From: Candidatus Coatesbacteria bacterium
GTDB lineage: Bacteria > JAFGND01
Direction of reading: 5' to 3'
DNA: 29,139 nt
NCBI GenBank assembly: GCA_016927185.1
Contig: JAFGND010000065.1
Coordinates: forward strand, 1-29,139
The stretch's first letter is position 1. Each line of letters starts with the position of its first letter. The notes under the pieces are model-generated. The model ran no database searches and was not told the origin of the DNA. It saw nothing but the letters and a program-made list of their open reading frames with translations. Positions 1-8,644 of the stretch are shown here, one piece after another. Made by a program: the position numbers and the translations under genes.

Positions 1-27
1 TACAAGGAGAGGGGCTAGGGGTGAGGT
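1..27. repeat. Partial REP-like intergenic element, cut by the window edge
   Basis: GC-rich GGAGAGGGGCTAGGGGTGAGG (reverse complement CCTCACCCCTAGCCCCTCTCC) in AT-rich DNA. It resembles the CCCTCACCCC..CCCTCTCC..GGAGAGGG palindromic repeat class. A weaker GGAGAGGGAAGGG lies at 183-195. Confidence 0.5.
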
Positions 28-238
28 GTCAAAAAGAAGCTTTTTCTAATGATGGTTTGTAAAGTCTTCGGGGATTTCCTTGCTGGATTAAAACATCAGC
101 CAGATAAATCAATATCTATAAAGCACTTACAAAAATACCTCATTTGGTGAATAATTTCTGAAAGCATCTTTTAATACGCATTGGAGAGGGAAGGGAGTTT
201 CATCAATTCAGTTTATAATTTCCAGGGGATGGATTTAA

Positions 239-1591
239 TCAGGTTCTTTTATGTTTTTTGCGATTTTTTTCGGGAATTATCAATCTGCATAAATATTCAT
301 CTGCTCGCATACCCAATTGTTCCCATGAGTATTTTTCTATCTCCTCAGGAATGCCAGAAGGCTCTATAGAAGGATTTTCAATTGTTTCTACAAGATAATC
401 GTAACATGACGCTTGATTCTCAAGTGGAAAGACTTTGCCGACTCTGGCTTTCCTGAATGCTCTTGCAGTATCACTATCATCTGGAGCAAGCACAAGAGTT
501 GGTTTCCTCCAGTATAAGTATTCTGAAATCTTTGTAGAAAGTGCTGATTTTGCCCTTGGTGATGGAGAAATAATGTGAAATAGCATGTCAGCTTCTCTTT
601 GAAGCCTTAAGGAATAGTCATGAGGAACTCTTGAAACAATGCTTATGGAATCTTGCAGGTTGTTTGCCTTTATATATTCCTGTGTCAGCAAATCCACTTC
701 TCCCAGTAGAACTAACCTGACAGGACGTTTGTTTTCCCTTGACATTAGCTTTTTCCAGACTTCAAGAAAAGGCTCTATCCTTCTCGTGTTCAGAAGATTA
801 CCTGTATGTGCAATAATGAACTCATCTGGAGTTTTCCTTATATTTACAGGCAAAGAGGAAAAAGTTTCCATTTCCCACTTTGAATAACCATTTGTAAGAC
901 AAATGAACTTATCCTCAGGTTCAGTCTTTTTATATCTGTCTTTCAGTTCCTTCACAAGCCCTGGAGTTACTCCCCATACCTGATCTGCATAGGAAATGAA
1001 TTTTCTCTCAAGATAATATGCGGCTTTATCCATCAATGGATTTGTGAATGTCACGAATTGCCTGTTCACGAAGAAATCTCTGAAATCTGCTACCCATGGA
1101 AGATTTGGGAATTTTTTCTTGAGAAGCATTGCAACTATATGGTTTGTTTCAGGAACACTTGTAGAAAACATCGCATCAAAATTGTTTTCCTTTATAAGCT
1201 TTACAGCTTTCCTGTATGCAAAAGGAATCCATCCAATGAAATGATCCGGGAACATGAAAGTATATGCAAGCCAGCGCATTAATCTTGAATAAAGTGCAGG
1301 AGCAGGAAGTTTTGTAGATGAAAGATGCCTCGGATATGGAAGCAGTCTCTCTTTCAGAAAAAAAGAAGGATCAGGACTGAATGCCTTGACTATCTCTACT
1401 TCCTTTGGAAGCGTCTTTAGAATATCTGGTTCATAACACCAGTAATGTCTTTTTTTCCCGGCAAGCGCAGTTATTCGCCAACCATGCTTCGGAAGCTCTC
1501 TTGAAAGATTGGTAACCCTTATAACCATATTCCCGCCAAAAGGTGGATAATGGTTATAAATAAGAAGAAGATGTTTGGAAGGAATTGTCAC
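239..1591 (-). CDS. Glycosyltransferase family 4 (GT-B fold)
   Basis: N-terminal LLIYNHYPPFGG, PDHFIGW, WVADFRD, HTGNL and C-terminal STKISEYL..KPTLV. GTG start overlaps the upstream stop (GTGA). Confidence 0.85.
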   Translation of the reverse strand: MTIPSKHLLLIYNHYPPFGGNMVIRVTNLSRELPKHGWRITALAGKKRHYWCYEPDILKTLPKEVEIVKAFSPDPSFFLKERLLPYPRHLSSTKLPAPALYSRLMRWLAYTFMFPDHFIGWIPFAYRKAVKLIKENNFDAMFSTSVPETNHIVAMLLKKKFPNLPWVADFRDFFVNRQFVTFTNPLMDKAAYYLERKFISYADQVWGVTPGLVKELKDRYKKTEPEDKFICLTNGYSKWEMETFSSLPVNIRKTPDEFIIAHTGNLLNTRRIEPFLEVWKKLMSRENKRPVRLVLLGEVDLLTQEYIKANNLQDSISIVSRVPHDYSLRLQREADMLFHIISPSPRAKSALSTKISEYLYWRKPTLVLAPDDSDTARAFRKARVGKVFPLENQASCYDYLVETIENPSIEPSGIPEEIEKYSWEQLGMRADEYLCRLIIPEKNRKKHKRT

Positions 1592-2727
1592 TTCTTGTTA
1601 TTTCCCTTGAATATGCTGAAACCTCTGCGATCTGTAATAGTTATTTCTTTGAAAAACTCTTCCATTATTGCCTGATGATTTTTCTTCTCTTTGCCTACCA
1701 TAAAAACTACTCCATCATTAAGTAGAATTTCTGAAGCAATTTGAAGAAGTCTTCTTGCTATCTTGAAATTGCCATAGTACGGAGGATTTATTAAAGCAAG
1801 TGAGTATTTATCCTCTCCCGATTTTTCCTGAGAATCAACAATTATCAGCTTATCAGGTTTTAGTTTATTCAGCTTAACATTCTCCTTGGTCATAGAAATC
1901 GCTCTTGTATTTGAATCCATTAGCAGAAGTTCTGATGGATTTATAAATGATGCTGATACAATACCAAGTATGCCATAACCGCATCCAATATCTGCAATGG
2001 ATTGAAAATCAGGTATTTCGTTTAGTGAAGGAATCAAGATTTCAAGAAGTGCAAGGCTTCCTTCATCTATTTCTTTATGTGAAAATATTCCTGCACGTGT
2101 CTTGAAAACGAATTCCTTTCCCCTGAAATTGAAATCAATTCTCCAGATTTTGCTCTTATCAGGAATTTGCTTTTCTGAATGCTTTCTCGATATATATAAT
2201 CTCGCTCTTCTTGAATGGTCAGCAATTGTAACACTTCCGAAAGCCTCTTTCATGTTTCTCTGAAAAAAGCGGTCTTCAGGATTATTTGTTGAAAGGAACA
2301 GTTTTCCGTTCAACTTCAGGCTATTGAAGCATTGAATAATTATATCCTGAATTAATTCAGTTATTCCTTCAGCTTTTGTTGATAAAAAGATTGTATCAAA
2401 CTTTTTTTCAGGCAGATCTTTCATGCATGAATAGGTTATCTTCTTCAGATCATTTGCCTTCATTACATATTTCAAATTGTCTATTGAATATTTATCATAA
2501 TTCCATGAAGTTATCTGGTTATCTGGATTGAGCATTCTGAGAATTCCTGTTATGAATCCCTGAGAATCAAGTATAACAAGTATTTCTCCAAGATTCTTTG
2601 TTTTCTCTATTTCTTTCAGAAGAATCTTGTCTTGAGGAGACATTCCATTCATGCTTACAAGCTCAATATCTGAAACCTTCTCCTTGAAATTTTCCCTTCC
2701 CTTGAACTCAATACTAAATTTCCTCAT
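1588..2727 (-). CDS. Class I SAM-dependent methyltransferase, RsmC/RlmG-like (two-domain rRNA m2G MTase type)
   Basis: GIFSHKEIDEGS, DIGCGYGILG (motif I), NPPY (motif IV) and a degenerate N-terminal MTase domain. ATG 2727 is preceded by AGGAG. Confidence 0.8.
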   Translation of the reverse strand: MRKFSIEFKGRENFKEKVSDIELVSMNGMSPQDKILLKEIEKTKNLGEILVILDSQGFITGILRMLNPDNQITSWNYDKYSIDNLKYVMKANDLKKITYSCMKDLPEKKFDTIFLSTKAEGITELIQDIIIQCFNSLKLNGKLFLSTNNPEDRFFQRNMKEAFGSVTIADHSRRARLYISRKHSEKQIPDKSKIWRIDFNFRGKEFVFKTRAGIFSHKEIDEGSLALLEILIPSLNEIPDFQSIADIGCGYGILGIVSASFINPSELLLMDSNTRAISMTKENVKLNKLKPDKLIIVDSQEKSGEDKYSLALINPPYYGNFKIARRLLQIASEILLNDGVVFMVGKEKKNHQAIMEEFFKEITITDRRGFSIFKGNNKK

Positions 2728-3598
2728 CAAATTCTCCTATGAAACATACTTCAGGAACAAGGTCTATTCCAAACTTGTTTCTTACTTCATTTCTTGCTTT
2801 CTTTGCAAGATTGATTATATCTTCTGCCTTAGCATCTCCCAGGTTTATGAAAAAGTTTGCATGATATGGAGATATCTGGGCATTCCCGGAGCGCAAACCT
2901 TTTAAAGAACAAGCATCTATTAGTTTTCCTGCTGAATTACCTGACTTATAATCGTTCCTGAAGAAACATCCGCAAGAGGGATAATCAAGCTGATGCTTCG
3001 AAATCCTGTCTTCAATGTTTATCAGAGATTTTTCTTCAATACCTCGATGATCTCCCTTATGTACTATAAATTTCGCTCCAAGGATGAAGCAAGGCTCTTT
3101 CTGGAAAACAGTATCCTTGTATCCCTTGAAAGCTTTATCAGCATCTATTGTGCATATATCACCTTTATGATTAAGATAAATCACCTTACAGCAGATTTCG
3201 CTGATTTCGCTTCCATAACATCTTGCATTCATGTAAATCGCTCCACCTATTGTACCAGGAAGTCCAGACATCCACTCAAAACCAGTTAAATTCTCTCCCC
3301 TGGCTATTTCCGATATTTTATTGCTTTCCAGACCTGAAGGGAAATATATTTCGTCATCTCTTATTTCAATATCCTTATCAAGGAGTGTAGTGCAAACCAG
3401 TATCCCATCGTAACCATTATCACTTATCAAGATATTACTCGTTTTACCAATTATTGTCCATTTACTTTCACTATCAAGTAATTGCTTGAAAATTATGATT
3501 ACGTCTTTTATTGTTTCTGGATAAATAATCTTTCTGATTATTCCACCGATTTTATAATAGCTGATTGACTTACCATACACATTCTCGATTATTTTCAT
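2714..3598 (-). CDS. murB: UDP-N-acetylenolpyruvoylglucosamine reductase
   Basis: IGKTSNILISD, GLPGTIGGAIYMNA, PSCGCFFRN, HANFFIN, LVPEV. Confidence 0.93.
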   Translation of the reverse strand: MKIIENVYGKSISYYKIGGIIRKIIYPETIKDVIIIFKQLLDSESKWTIIGKTSNILISDNGYDGILVCTTLLDKDIEIRDDEIYFPSGLESNKISEIARGENLTGFEWMSGLPGTIGGAIYMNARCYGSEISEICCKVIYLNHKGDICTIDADKAFKGYKDTVFQKEPCFILGAKFIVHKGDHRGIEEKSLINIEDRISKHQLDYPSCGCFFRNDYKSGNSAGKLIDACSLKGLRSGNAQISPYHANFFINLGDAKAEDIINLAKKARNEVRNKFGIDLVPEVCFIGEFDEEI

Positions 3599-3734
3599 GA
3601 ATTACTTGCACTCAATTACTGATAATTAAGTCAATTGAATATTATTAATTGCAGTAATTTATTAAGATAATTTTATAACTATTTACTTGACAAAATGTTA
3701 TATATACTGAGTCTTGTCATGCTAAAGATTATAA

Positions 3735-4646
3735 ATGGAAATAAAAAGAAGAGATTTACTTAAAATTATTGTATCAACTGCAATTGGTCTACCTTTTGCT
3801 GAATTATTATCAGCTCAGCCTGATTTAAAAACCAATAAAATACTCCATGTCTTTTATCATCATATTGGAAGTTTCAAAGGCAAATACTGGAGGAATGTTT
3901 CGGACTTCGAAAATGATATAAGGTTATTAAGAAGATCTGGATTTGAAAGCATTTCATGTTCTGATTATCTTTTGTATAGAAACGGAAGAAAAACTATTCC
4001 CAGAAAGTCAGTTATTATCTCGTTTGATGATGGATATGCTAACGTTGTAGATAATGGTATGCCTGTCTTGAGAAAGTATGGCTATAAAGCATGTTTTTTC
4101 ATAGTTGCAGGATGGGTAAGCAGTTCAAGAAAAAAGGGGATTGTCTCATGGAAGGATCTTAATAATATCCTGAAAGAAGGACATGATATTCAGTGTCATA
4201 CCTGGTCTCATCCCAATTTGAAGACATTAGCGGATGATCAGAAAAAGTGGGATCTGGAGATTGGTTATTCAAAAGAGATTTTGGAAAGGGAAACAGGAAA
4301 GGCAATAAGATTTTTTGCTTATCCATATGGTTCTCATAATGATTTCATAATTGATAAGGTAGAACAATACTCTTTTGAAGCGGCATTTACAACAAAACCC
4401 GGATTGAGTTATTCTGATTCTAGCATTTACAGACTCAAGAGAGATCAACCAGGAGTAAAGATTGAGATGGATGAAATACTATATAAATACCAGGATCAAT
4501 TTGGATATAGAATAAAACCAAAACCCAGGGTTGTGAAAGAAGCAGAAAAGCCAAAAAAGAACAAAGTAATAAATTCAAAATCAAGGGAAAACGATTTTTC
4601 AGATAGAATAAACATGAATGATGTATTGAGGCAGATCCTGAAGTAA
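3735..4646 (+). CDS. Polysaccharide deacetylase (CE4/NodB, PgaB/IcaB-like) with a twin-arginine signal peptide
   Basis: KRRDLLK followed by a hydrophobic segment. SFDDG, HTWSH and FAYPYG motifs, then a Lys-rich C-terminal tail. Confidence 0.88.
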   Translation: MEIKRRDLLKIIVSTAIGLPFAELLSAQPDLKTNKILHVFYHHIGSFKGKYWRNVSDFENDIRLLRRSGFESISCSDYLLYRNGRKTIPRKSVIISFDDGYANVVDNGMPVLRKYGYKACFFIVAGWVSSSRKKGIVSWKDLNNILKEGHDIQCHTWSHPNLKTLADDQKKWDLEIGYSKEILERETGKAIRFFAYPYGSHNDFIIDKVEQYSFEAAFTTKPGLSYSDSSIYRLKRDQPGVKIEMDEILYKYQDQFGYRIKPKPRVVKEAEKPKKNKVINSKSRENDFSDRINMNDVLRQILK

Positions 4647-4867
4647 TACTCACTTCTGTTTTCAGCTTTAATCAAGCAAGCATATTGAAGAATTAATCTT
4701 ATAACATTTGCATTAATGAGGATTAATTTCATTCTGATATGCTCAGATGTTAATGAATAGATACTAAATAACTTCTGAACCTGTAAAATCTGTAAATATA
4801 TAACATGCTCCAGTACGAGTTTTTATGGATTGGATAAGCTAAGAGTGAGACAGGAAAAAACTAAGGC

Positions 4868-4901
4868 TTGACATATTCTCTTTTTATTTGCATTTTAAAT
4901 A
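4868..4901 (+). promoter_or_regulatory. Putative sigma70 promoter of the marR operon, with an overlapping imperfect palindrome (possible MarR operator)
   Basis: TTGACA (4868), 17 bp, then CATTTT preceded by TG. The inverted repeat TATTT-GCATTTT-AAATA (4885-4901) covers the -10. Confidence 0.5.
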
Positions 4902-4923
4902 CGACAAAGGATTTGGATTTATA

Positions 4924-5370
4924 ATGAGAGATGAGAATTATATCATTGCTGAGAGGATGCTGTTAATTATGCAGAAACTCAGCTTCTTATGCGAAAAGGA
5001 AGAATGCAGACTTATGGAAAAAAGAGGACTACATCTATCTGAAGGAAGACTCCTGTCAATACTTCTAAGCAGGGAATCTTTTTCAATGCAGCAGCTAGCT
5101 TCTATCCAAAAAGTGACTACTGGCAGGATGACAAAGATAATTGATGGTCTTGTGGAAAAAAAACTGGTAGAAAGGAAAGCATCTCATCTGGATAGAAGGT
5201 TTTTTTCGGTGAGTCTTACATTAAATGGAAAGTCAGTTGCCCAGAATCTTAAAAAATCTATTGTTGAAGACTATATAAAAATAATAAAAAGATTGAACTC
5301 AAAGACAAAAGATTCTATTCTTGAAGTTCTTGAAGAAATATTGACAAGTCTAGAAGAGCATATGACATGA
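4924..5370 (+). CDS. MarR-family transcriptional regulator
   Basis: GLHLSEGRLL, MTKIIDGLVEKKLVER, DRR..VSLTLNG winged helix. ATG 4924 is preferred to TTG 4888, which lies inside the promoter. Contains CEKEEC. Confidence 0.9.
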   Translation: MRDENYIIAERMLLIMQKLSFLCEKEECRLMEKRGLHLSEGRLLSILLSRESFSMQQLASIQKVTTGRMTKIIDGLVEKKLVERKASHLDRRFFSVSLTLNGKSVAQNLKKSIVEDYIKIIKRLNSKTKDSILEVLEEILTSLEEHMT

Positions 5371-5546
5371 AAATCTTGCCAAAATATGCATTGAGTGTTT
5401 CTGCTGGCGCTTTAGCAGGATTTGGTATAAGCCAGCTTTTTGCATGTACAGGAGGCGGCTGATCAATTTACAGTAATCCTTATCTTTCTTCACTATTAGG
5501 TGCTTTGATAGGAGGATTATTAGCTTCAGGTAGAAGCAATACTTAG
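5367..5546 (+). CDS. Small two-TM membrane protein (DUF6132-like) with an in-frame TGA; candidate selenoprotein (CxxxxU)
   Basis: ATG overlaps the marR stop (ATGA). Translation is MKILPKYALSVSAGALAGFGISQLFACTGGG[TGA 5460-5462]SIYSNPYLSSLLGALIGGLLASGRSNT-TAG. It matches the C-x-x-G-x-C-x-I-x-S-N-P...GAL.G pattern on both sides of the TGA and fills the gap up to the guaA stop. Confidence 0.8.
5472..5521 (+). other. Candidate SECIS-like stem-loop downstream of the in-frame TGA
   Basis: TAATCCT (5474-5480) pairs with AGGATTA (5513-5519), TATC with GATA, and an apical CACT/GGTG closes an ATTA loop. The core stem starts 11 nt after the TGA. The loop lacks the usual 5' G. Confidence 0.4.
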
Positions 5547-5547
5547 A

Positions 5548-7077
5548 CTATTCCCATTCTATTGTTGCAGGTGGCTTGCTGCTTAAATCATAGACAACCC
5601 TGTTTATTCCATGAATCTCATTTATAATCCTGTTGGCTACTTTGCCAAGAAACTCATTAGGCAATGGAGCCCAATCCGCAGTCATTCCATCTTCTGCCAT
5701 AACCGCTCTCAATGCAATTACCTGTTCATAAGTTCTGCTGTCTCCCATTACACCTACACTCCTAACTGGAAGAAGCACTGCAAATGCCTGCCATACATAA
5801 TCATATAAGTTATTGCTTTTAAGCTCGTCTATGAAAATAGCATCAGCTTTTCTTAGCAAATCAATATTTTCTTTATTTACGTCCCCAATTATTCTGACAG
5901 CTAATCCTGGTCCAGGGAAAGGATGCCTCCCAAGAATGTAATCTGGTATCTTCAATTCTTTTCCTAATGCTCTTACTTCATCCTTGAATAATTCCCTGAA
6001 TGGTTCAAGCAACTTGAATCTGAATTTTTCTGGTAAACCTCCAACATTATGATGACTTTTGATTACTGAAGCTGGTCCCTTTACTGAAGCACTTTCTACA
6101 ACATCAGGATACAAAGTGCCTTGTGCAAGATATTTAAAATTTGTATATTTTTTCTGAGCTCTCTCGAAAGTTCTTATAAATATCTTTCCAATAATTTTCC
6201 TCTTTTCTTCTGGATCAATTATTCCTTTAAGATTTTTAAGGAAGAATTTACGAGCATCAATTAGATTGACAGGTAATGATAATGATTTAACGTTTTTCAT
6301 CACTTCTTCTGCCTCATTAAGCCTTAGCAATCCATTATCAATAAAAAAACACTGCAGCCTTTTTCCAATTGCCTTGTGAAGAATAGCTGCTAAAACCGTG
6401 CTGTCAACTCCTCCTGACAATCCACATAAAACGTTTTCTTCCTTAACTTCTGATTTTACTGAATCTATTGTCTCTCTCAGGAAATTTGCTGGAAGCCAAT
6501 TGAAACTAAGATCAGAAGTCCTCAGGAAGTTCTTTATTATTTCAGTACCATGTTCTGTATGTACAACTTCAGGATGAAACTGCAATCCATAAATAGGAAG
6601 TTTGTTATGCTTGACGGCTGCATTTTTACAGGTTTTGGTTGAAGCTATTGATTCGAAATCCTCAGGAAGTTCTGTTACCTGATCATAGTGACTCATCCAG
6701 ACTGTAGAGTGATTTTTGATATTCAGCCAGAGGCGGTCTTTTTTTAAAGAAATGCTTGCTTGTCCATATTCTCTTTTATCTCCATGCTCTATTTTTCCCC
6801 CAAATTGCTTTGCAATTACCTGTAATCCATAGCAAATCCCAAGTATTGGTTTTCCTATTCTATAAATATCAGGATGAGGTTTAGGTGCTGTTTTGTCATT
6901 TACGAATGAAGGACCTCCGCTCAAAACTATAGCTTTTATCTCCCTTGCCTTCAATTTGCTTGCAGGGATATTGAATGGCACAAGTTCAGAATAAACACCA
7001 GAAGACCTGATACGCTTCAATATTAACATACTGAATTGGCTACCAAAATCAAGAACAAGAACTTTCTCTCTTTTCAT
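5548..7077 (-). CDS. guaA: GMP synthase (glutamine-hydrolysing)
   Basis: VLDFGSQ, GICYG, QFHPEV, SGGVDS, IKSHHNVGGLP, KPPATIEWE. Start reassigned to MKREKVLV (ATG 7077). Confidence 0.97.
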   Translation of the reverse strand: MKREKVLVLDFGSQFSMLILKRIRSSGVYSELVPFNIPASKLKAREIKAIVLSGGPSFVNDKTAPKPHPDIYRIGKPILGICYGLQVIAKQFGGKIEHGDKREYGQASISLKKDRLWLNIKNHSTVWMSHYDQVTELPEDFESIASTKTCKNAAVKHNKLPIYGLQFHPEVVHTEHGTEIIKNFLRTSDLSFNWLPANFLRETIDSVKSEVKEENVLCGLSGGVDSTVLAAILHKAIGKRLQCFFIDNGLLRLNEAEEVMKNVKSLSLPVNLIDARKFFLKNLKGIIDPEEKRKIIGKIFIRTFERAQKKYTNFKYLAQGTLYPDVVESASVKGPASVIKSHHNVGGLPEKFRFKLLEPFRELFKDEVRALGKELKIPDYILGRHPFPGPGLAVRIIGDVNKENIDLLRKADAIFIDELKSNNLYDYVWQAFAVLLPVRSVGVMGDSRTYEQVIALRAVMAEDGMTADWAPLPNEFLGKVANRIINEIHGINRVVYDLSSKPPATIEWE

Positions 7078-7236
7078 GATTGTTAAAGACAAGATAAATA
7101 GTTTTTGGTCAAGTACTAGTTTTTGAAAATGCATGGATGACATGAAAGCGATGTTTTTGACTTTAGTACCTTGACAGATTATTTAATCTGAGCAAAGATA
7201 GCCATTGGATAACATTGAACAGAAGAAAGGTTTATA

Positions 7237-8631
7237 ATGTCACTAAGGTTTTTTAATACTCTTGGAAGAAAGGTTGAGAAATTTGTACCTATTGAGATGC
7301 CAAAAGTTGGCTTATATACATGTGGACCAACAGTTTATAATTATGCTCATATAGGAAATTACAAATCCTATATTTTCGAGGATGTGCTTAGAAGAACTCT
7401 GGATTTCCTGGGATATCAAGTAAAGCATGTTATGAATATCACTGATGTTGGTCATCTTGTCAGTGATGAAGATGAGGGTGAAGATAAAATGGAAATAGGA
7501 GCAAGGAGAGAAAATAAAACTCCCTGGGAGATAGCAGAATTCTATGAGAAAGCTTTTTTCAACGATACAAATGAGCTTAATATCTTGCCTCCTCATATAA
7601 AATGCAAGGCAACAGATCATGTCCAGGATATGATTGCATTGATAGCAAGACTTGAATCAAGAGGATTGGCTTATACATCAGGTGGAAATGTCTACTTTGA
7701 TGTTGAAAAATTCAGAAATACCTATAATTACTCAAAACTAGATACTGCTTCATATGAGACCGGAAAAAGAATAGAAGAGGATCAGCAAAAGAAATCTCCT
7801 TGCGATTTTGTATTGTGGTTTACGAAGAGCAAATTTGAAGGACATCTTATGAATTGGGATTCTCCCTGGGGATATGGATATCCTGGCTGGCATATAGAAT
7901 GCTCAGCCATGAGTATGAAATATCTTGGAGAGCAATTTGATATACATTGTGGAGGAGTGGATCATATTCCCATCCATCATTCAAATGAGATAGCTCAGTC
8001 AGAAGGAGCTACTGGAAAAATACCATGGGTAAAGTATTGGTTACACAGTGAATTCCTTATAACTACTGCAGACAAAATGAGTAAATCATCTGGCGAATTC
8101 CTGACATTATCCAAACTCAAGGAAAATGGATTTAATCCTTTATCCTTCAGATATTTATGTCTTACAGCGCATTACAGATCTCAGCTTCAATACAATGATT
8201 CTGCGATAGAGAATGCAGAGCAGAGCTATAACAGACTACTCAATATTGCAATGAGTTTGAAGGAAGAATCAACCAACATCGGGAAAGCTGATGAAGAGTA
8301 TTTGTTTCAATTTAGGTCAGCACTGGAAGATGACCTTAACACTCCACAAGCATTAGCTATAGTCTGGGGAATGCTTAGGGATAAAGGTTTAACAAATGAA
8401 GTTAAATGGGCAGGTTTGATTGAGTTTGATAAAGTTCTGGGTTTTGGATTTGCAATAATGGAAAAAGATAAAGAATTATTGCCGCTAGAGATAGAAAATC
8501 TTATCAAGGAGAGAGAACTCTCCAGAAAGAATAAGGATTATTCTCGGGCAGATGAGATAAGAAACATATTGCTTGTAAAAGGTATTACTCTTCAAGATAC
8601 TCCTCAGGGAGTAAAATGGGAGAAACTTTAA
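7237..8631 (+). CDS. cysS: Cysteine--tRNA ligase
   Basis: YTCGPTVY, HIGN, PGWHIECSAM, HCGGVDH..HHSNE, KMSKS. Confidence 0.97.
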   Translation: MSLRFFNTLGRKVEKFVPIEMPKVGLYTCGPTVYNYAHIGNYKSYIFEDVLRRTLDFLGYQVKHVMNITDVGHLVSDEDEGEDKMEIGARRENKTPWEIAEFYEKAFFNDTNELNILPPHIKCKATDHVQDMIALIARLESRGLAYTSGGNVYFDVEKFRNTYNYSKLDTASYETGKRIEEDQQKKSPCDFVLWFTKSKFEGHLMNWDSPWGYGYPGWHIECSAMSMKYLGEQFDIHCGGVDHIPIHHSNEIAQSEGATGKIPWVKYWLHSEFLITTADKMSKSSGEFLTLSKLKENGFNPLSFRYLCLTAHYRSQLQYNDSAIENAEQSYNRLLNIAMSLKEESTNIGKADEEYLFQFRSALEDDLNTPQALAIVWGMLRDKGLTNEVKWAGLIEFDKVLGFGFAIMEKDKELLPLEIENLIKERELSRKNKDYSRADEIRNILLVKGITLQDTPQGVKWEKL

Positions 8632-8644
8632 CTAAGGAAAAAAC

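Noticed and set aside
3614-3659. Imperfect inverted repeat AATTACTG...CAGTAATT between murB and the deacetylase
   Set aside because: Very AT-rich with a long spacer, so not distinguishable from chance.
5460-5462. Genome-wide TGA reassignment (code 4 or 25) as the explanation for the in-frame TGA
   Set aside because: TGA terminates many genes at their expected ends and forms ATGA/TGATG overlaps, and the long genes have no internal TGA.
7078-7143. N-terminal extensions in the ORF track (guaA 7143, marR 4888, OMP 17659, GT4 18879, GT9 28389)
   Set aside because: They precede the family start and overlap promoters or upstream genes, so downstream ATGs fit better.
7078-7236. Purine riboswitch before guaA or T-box before cysS
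   Set aside because: The region is too short and has no matching motifs.
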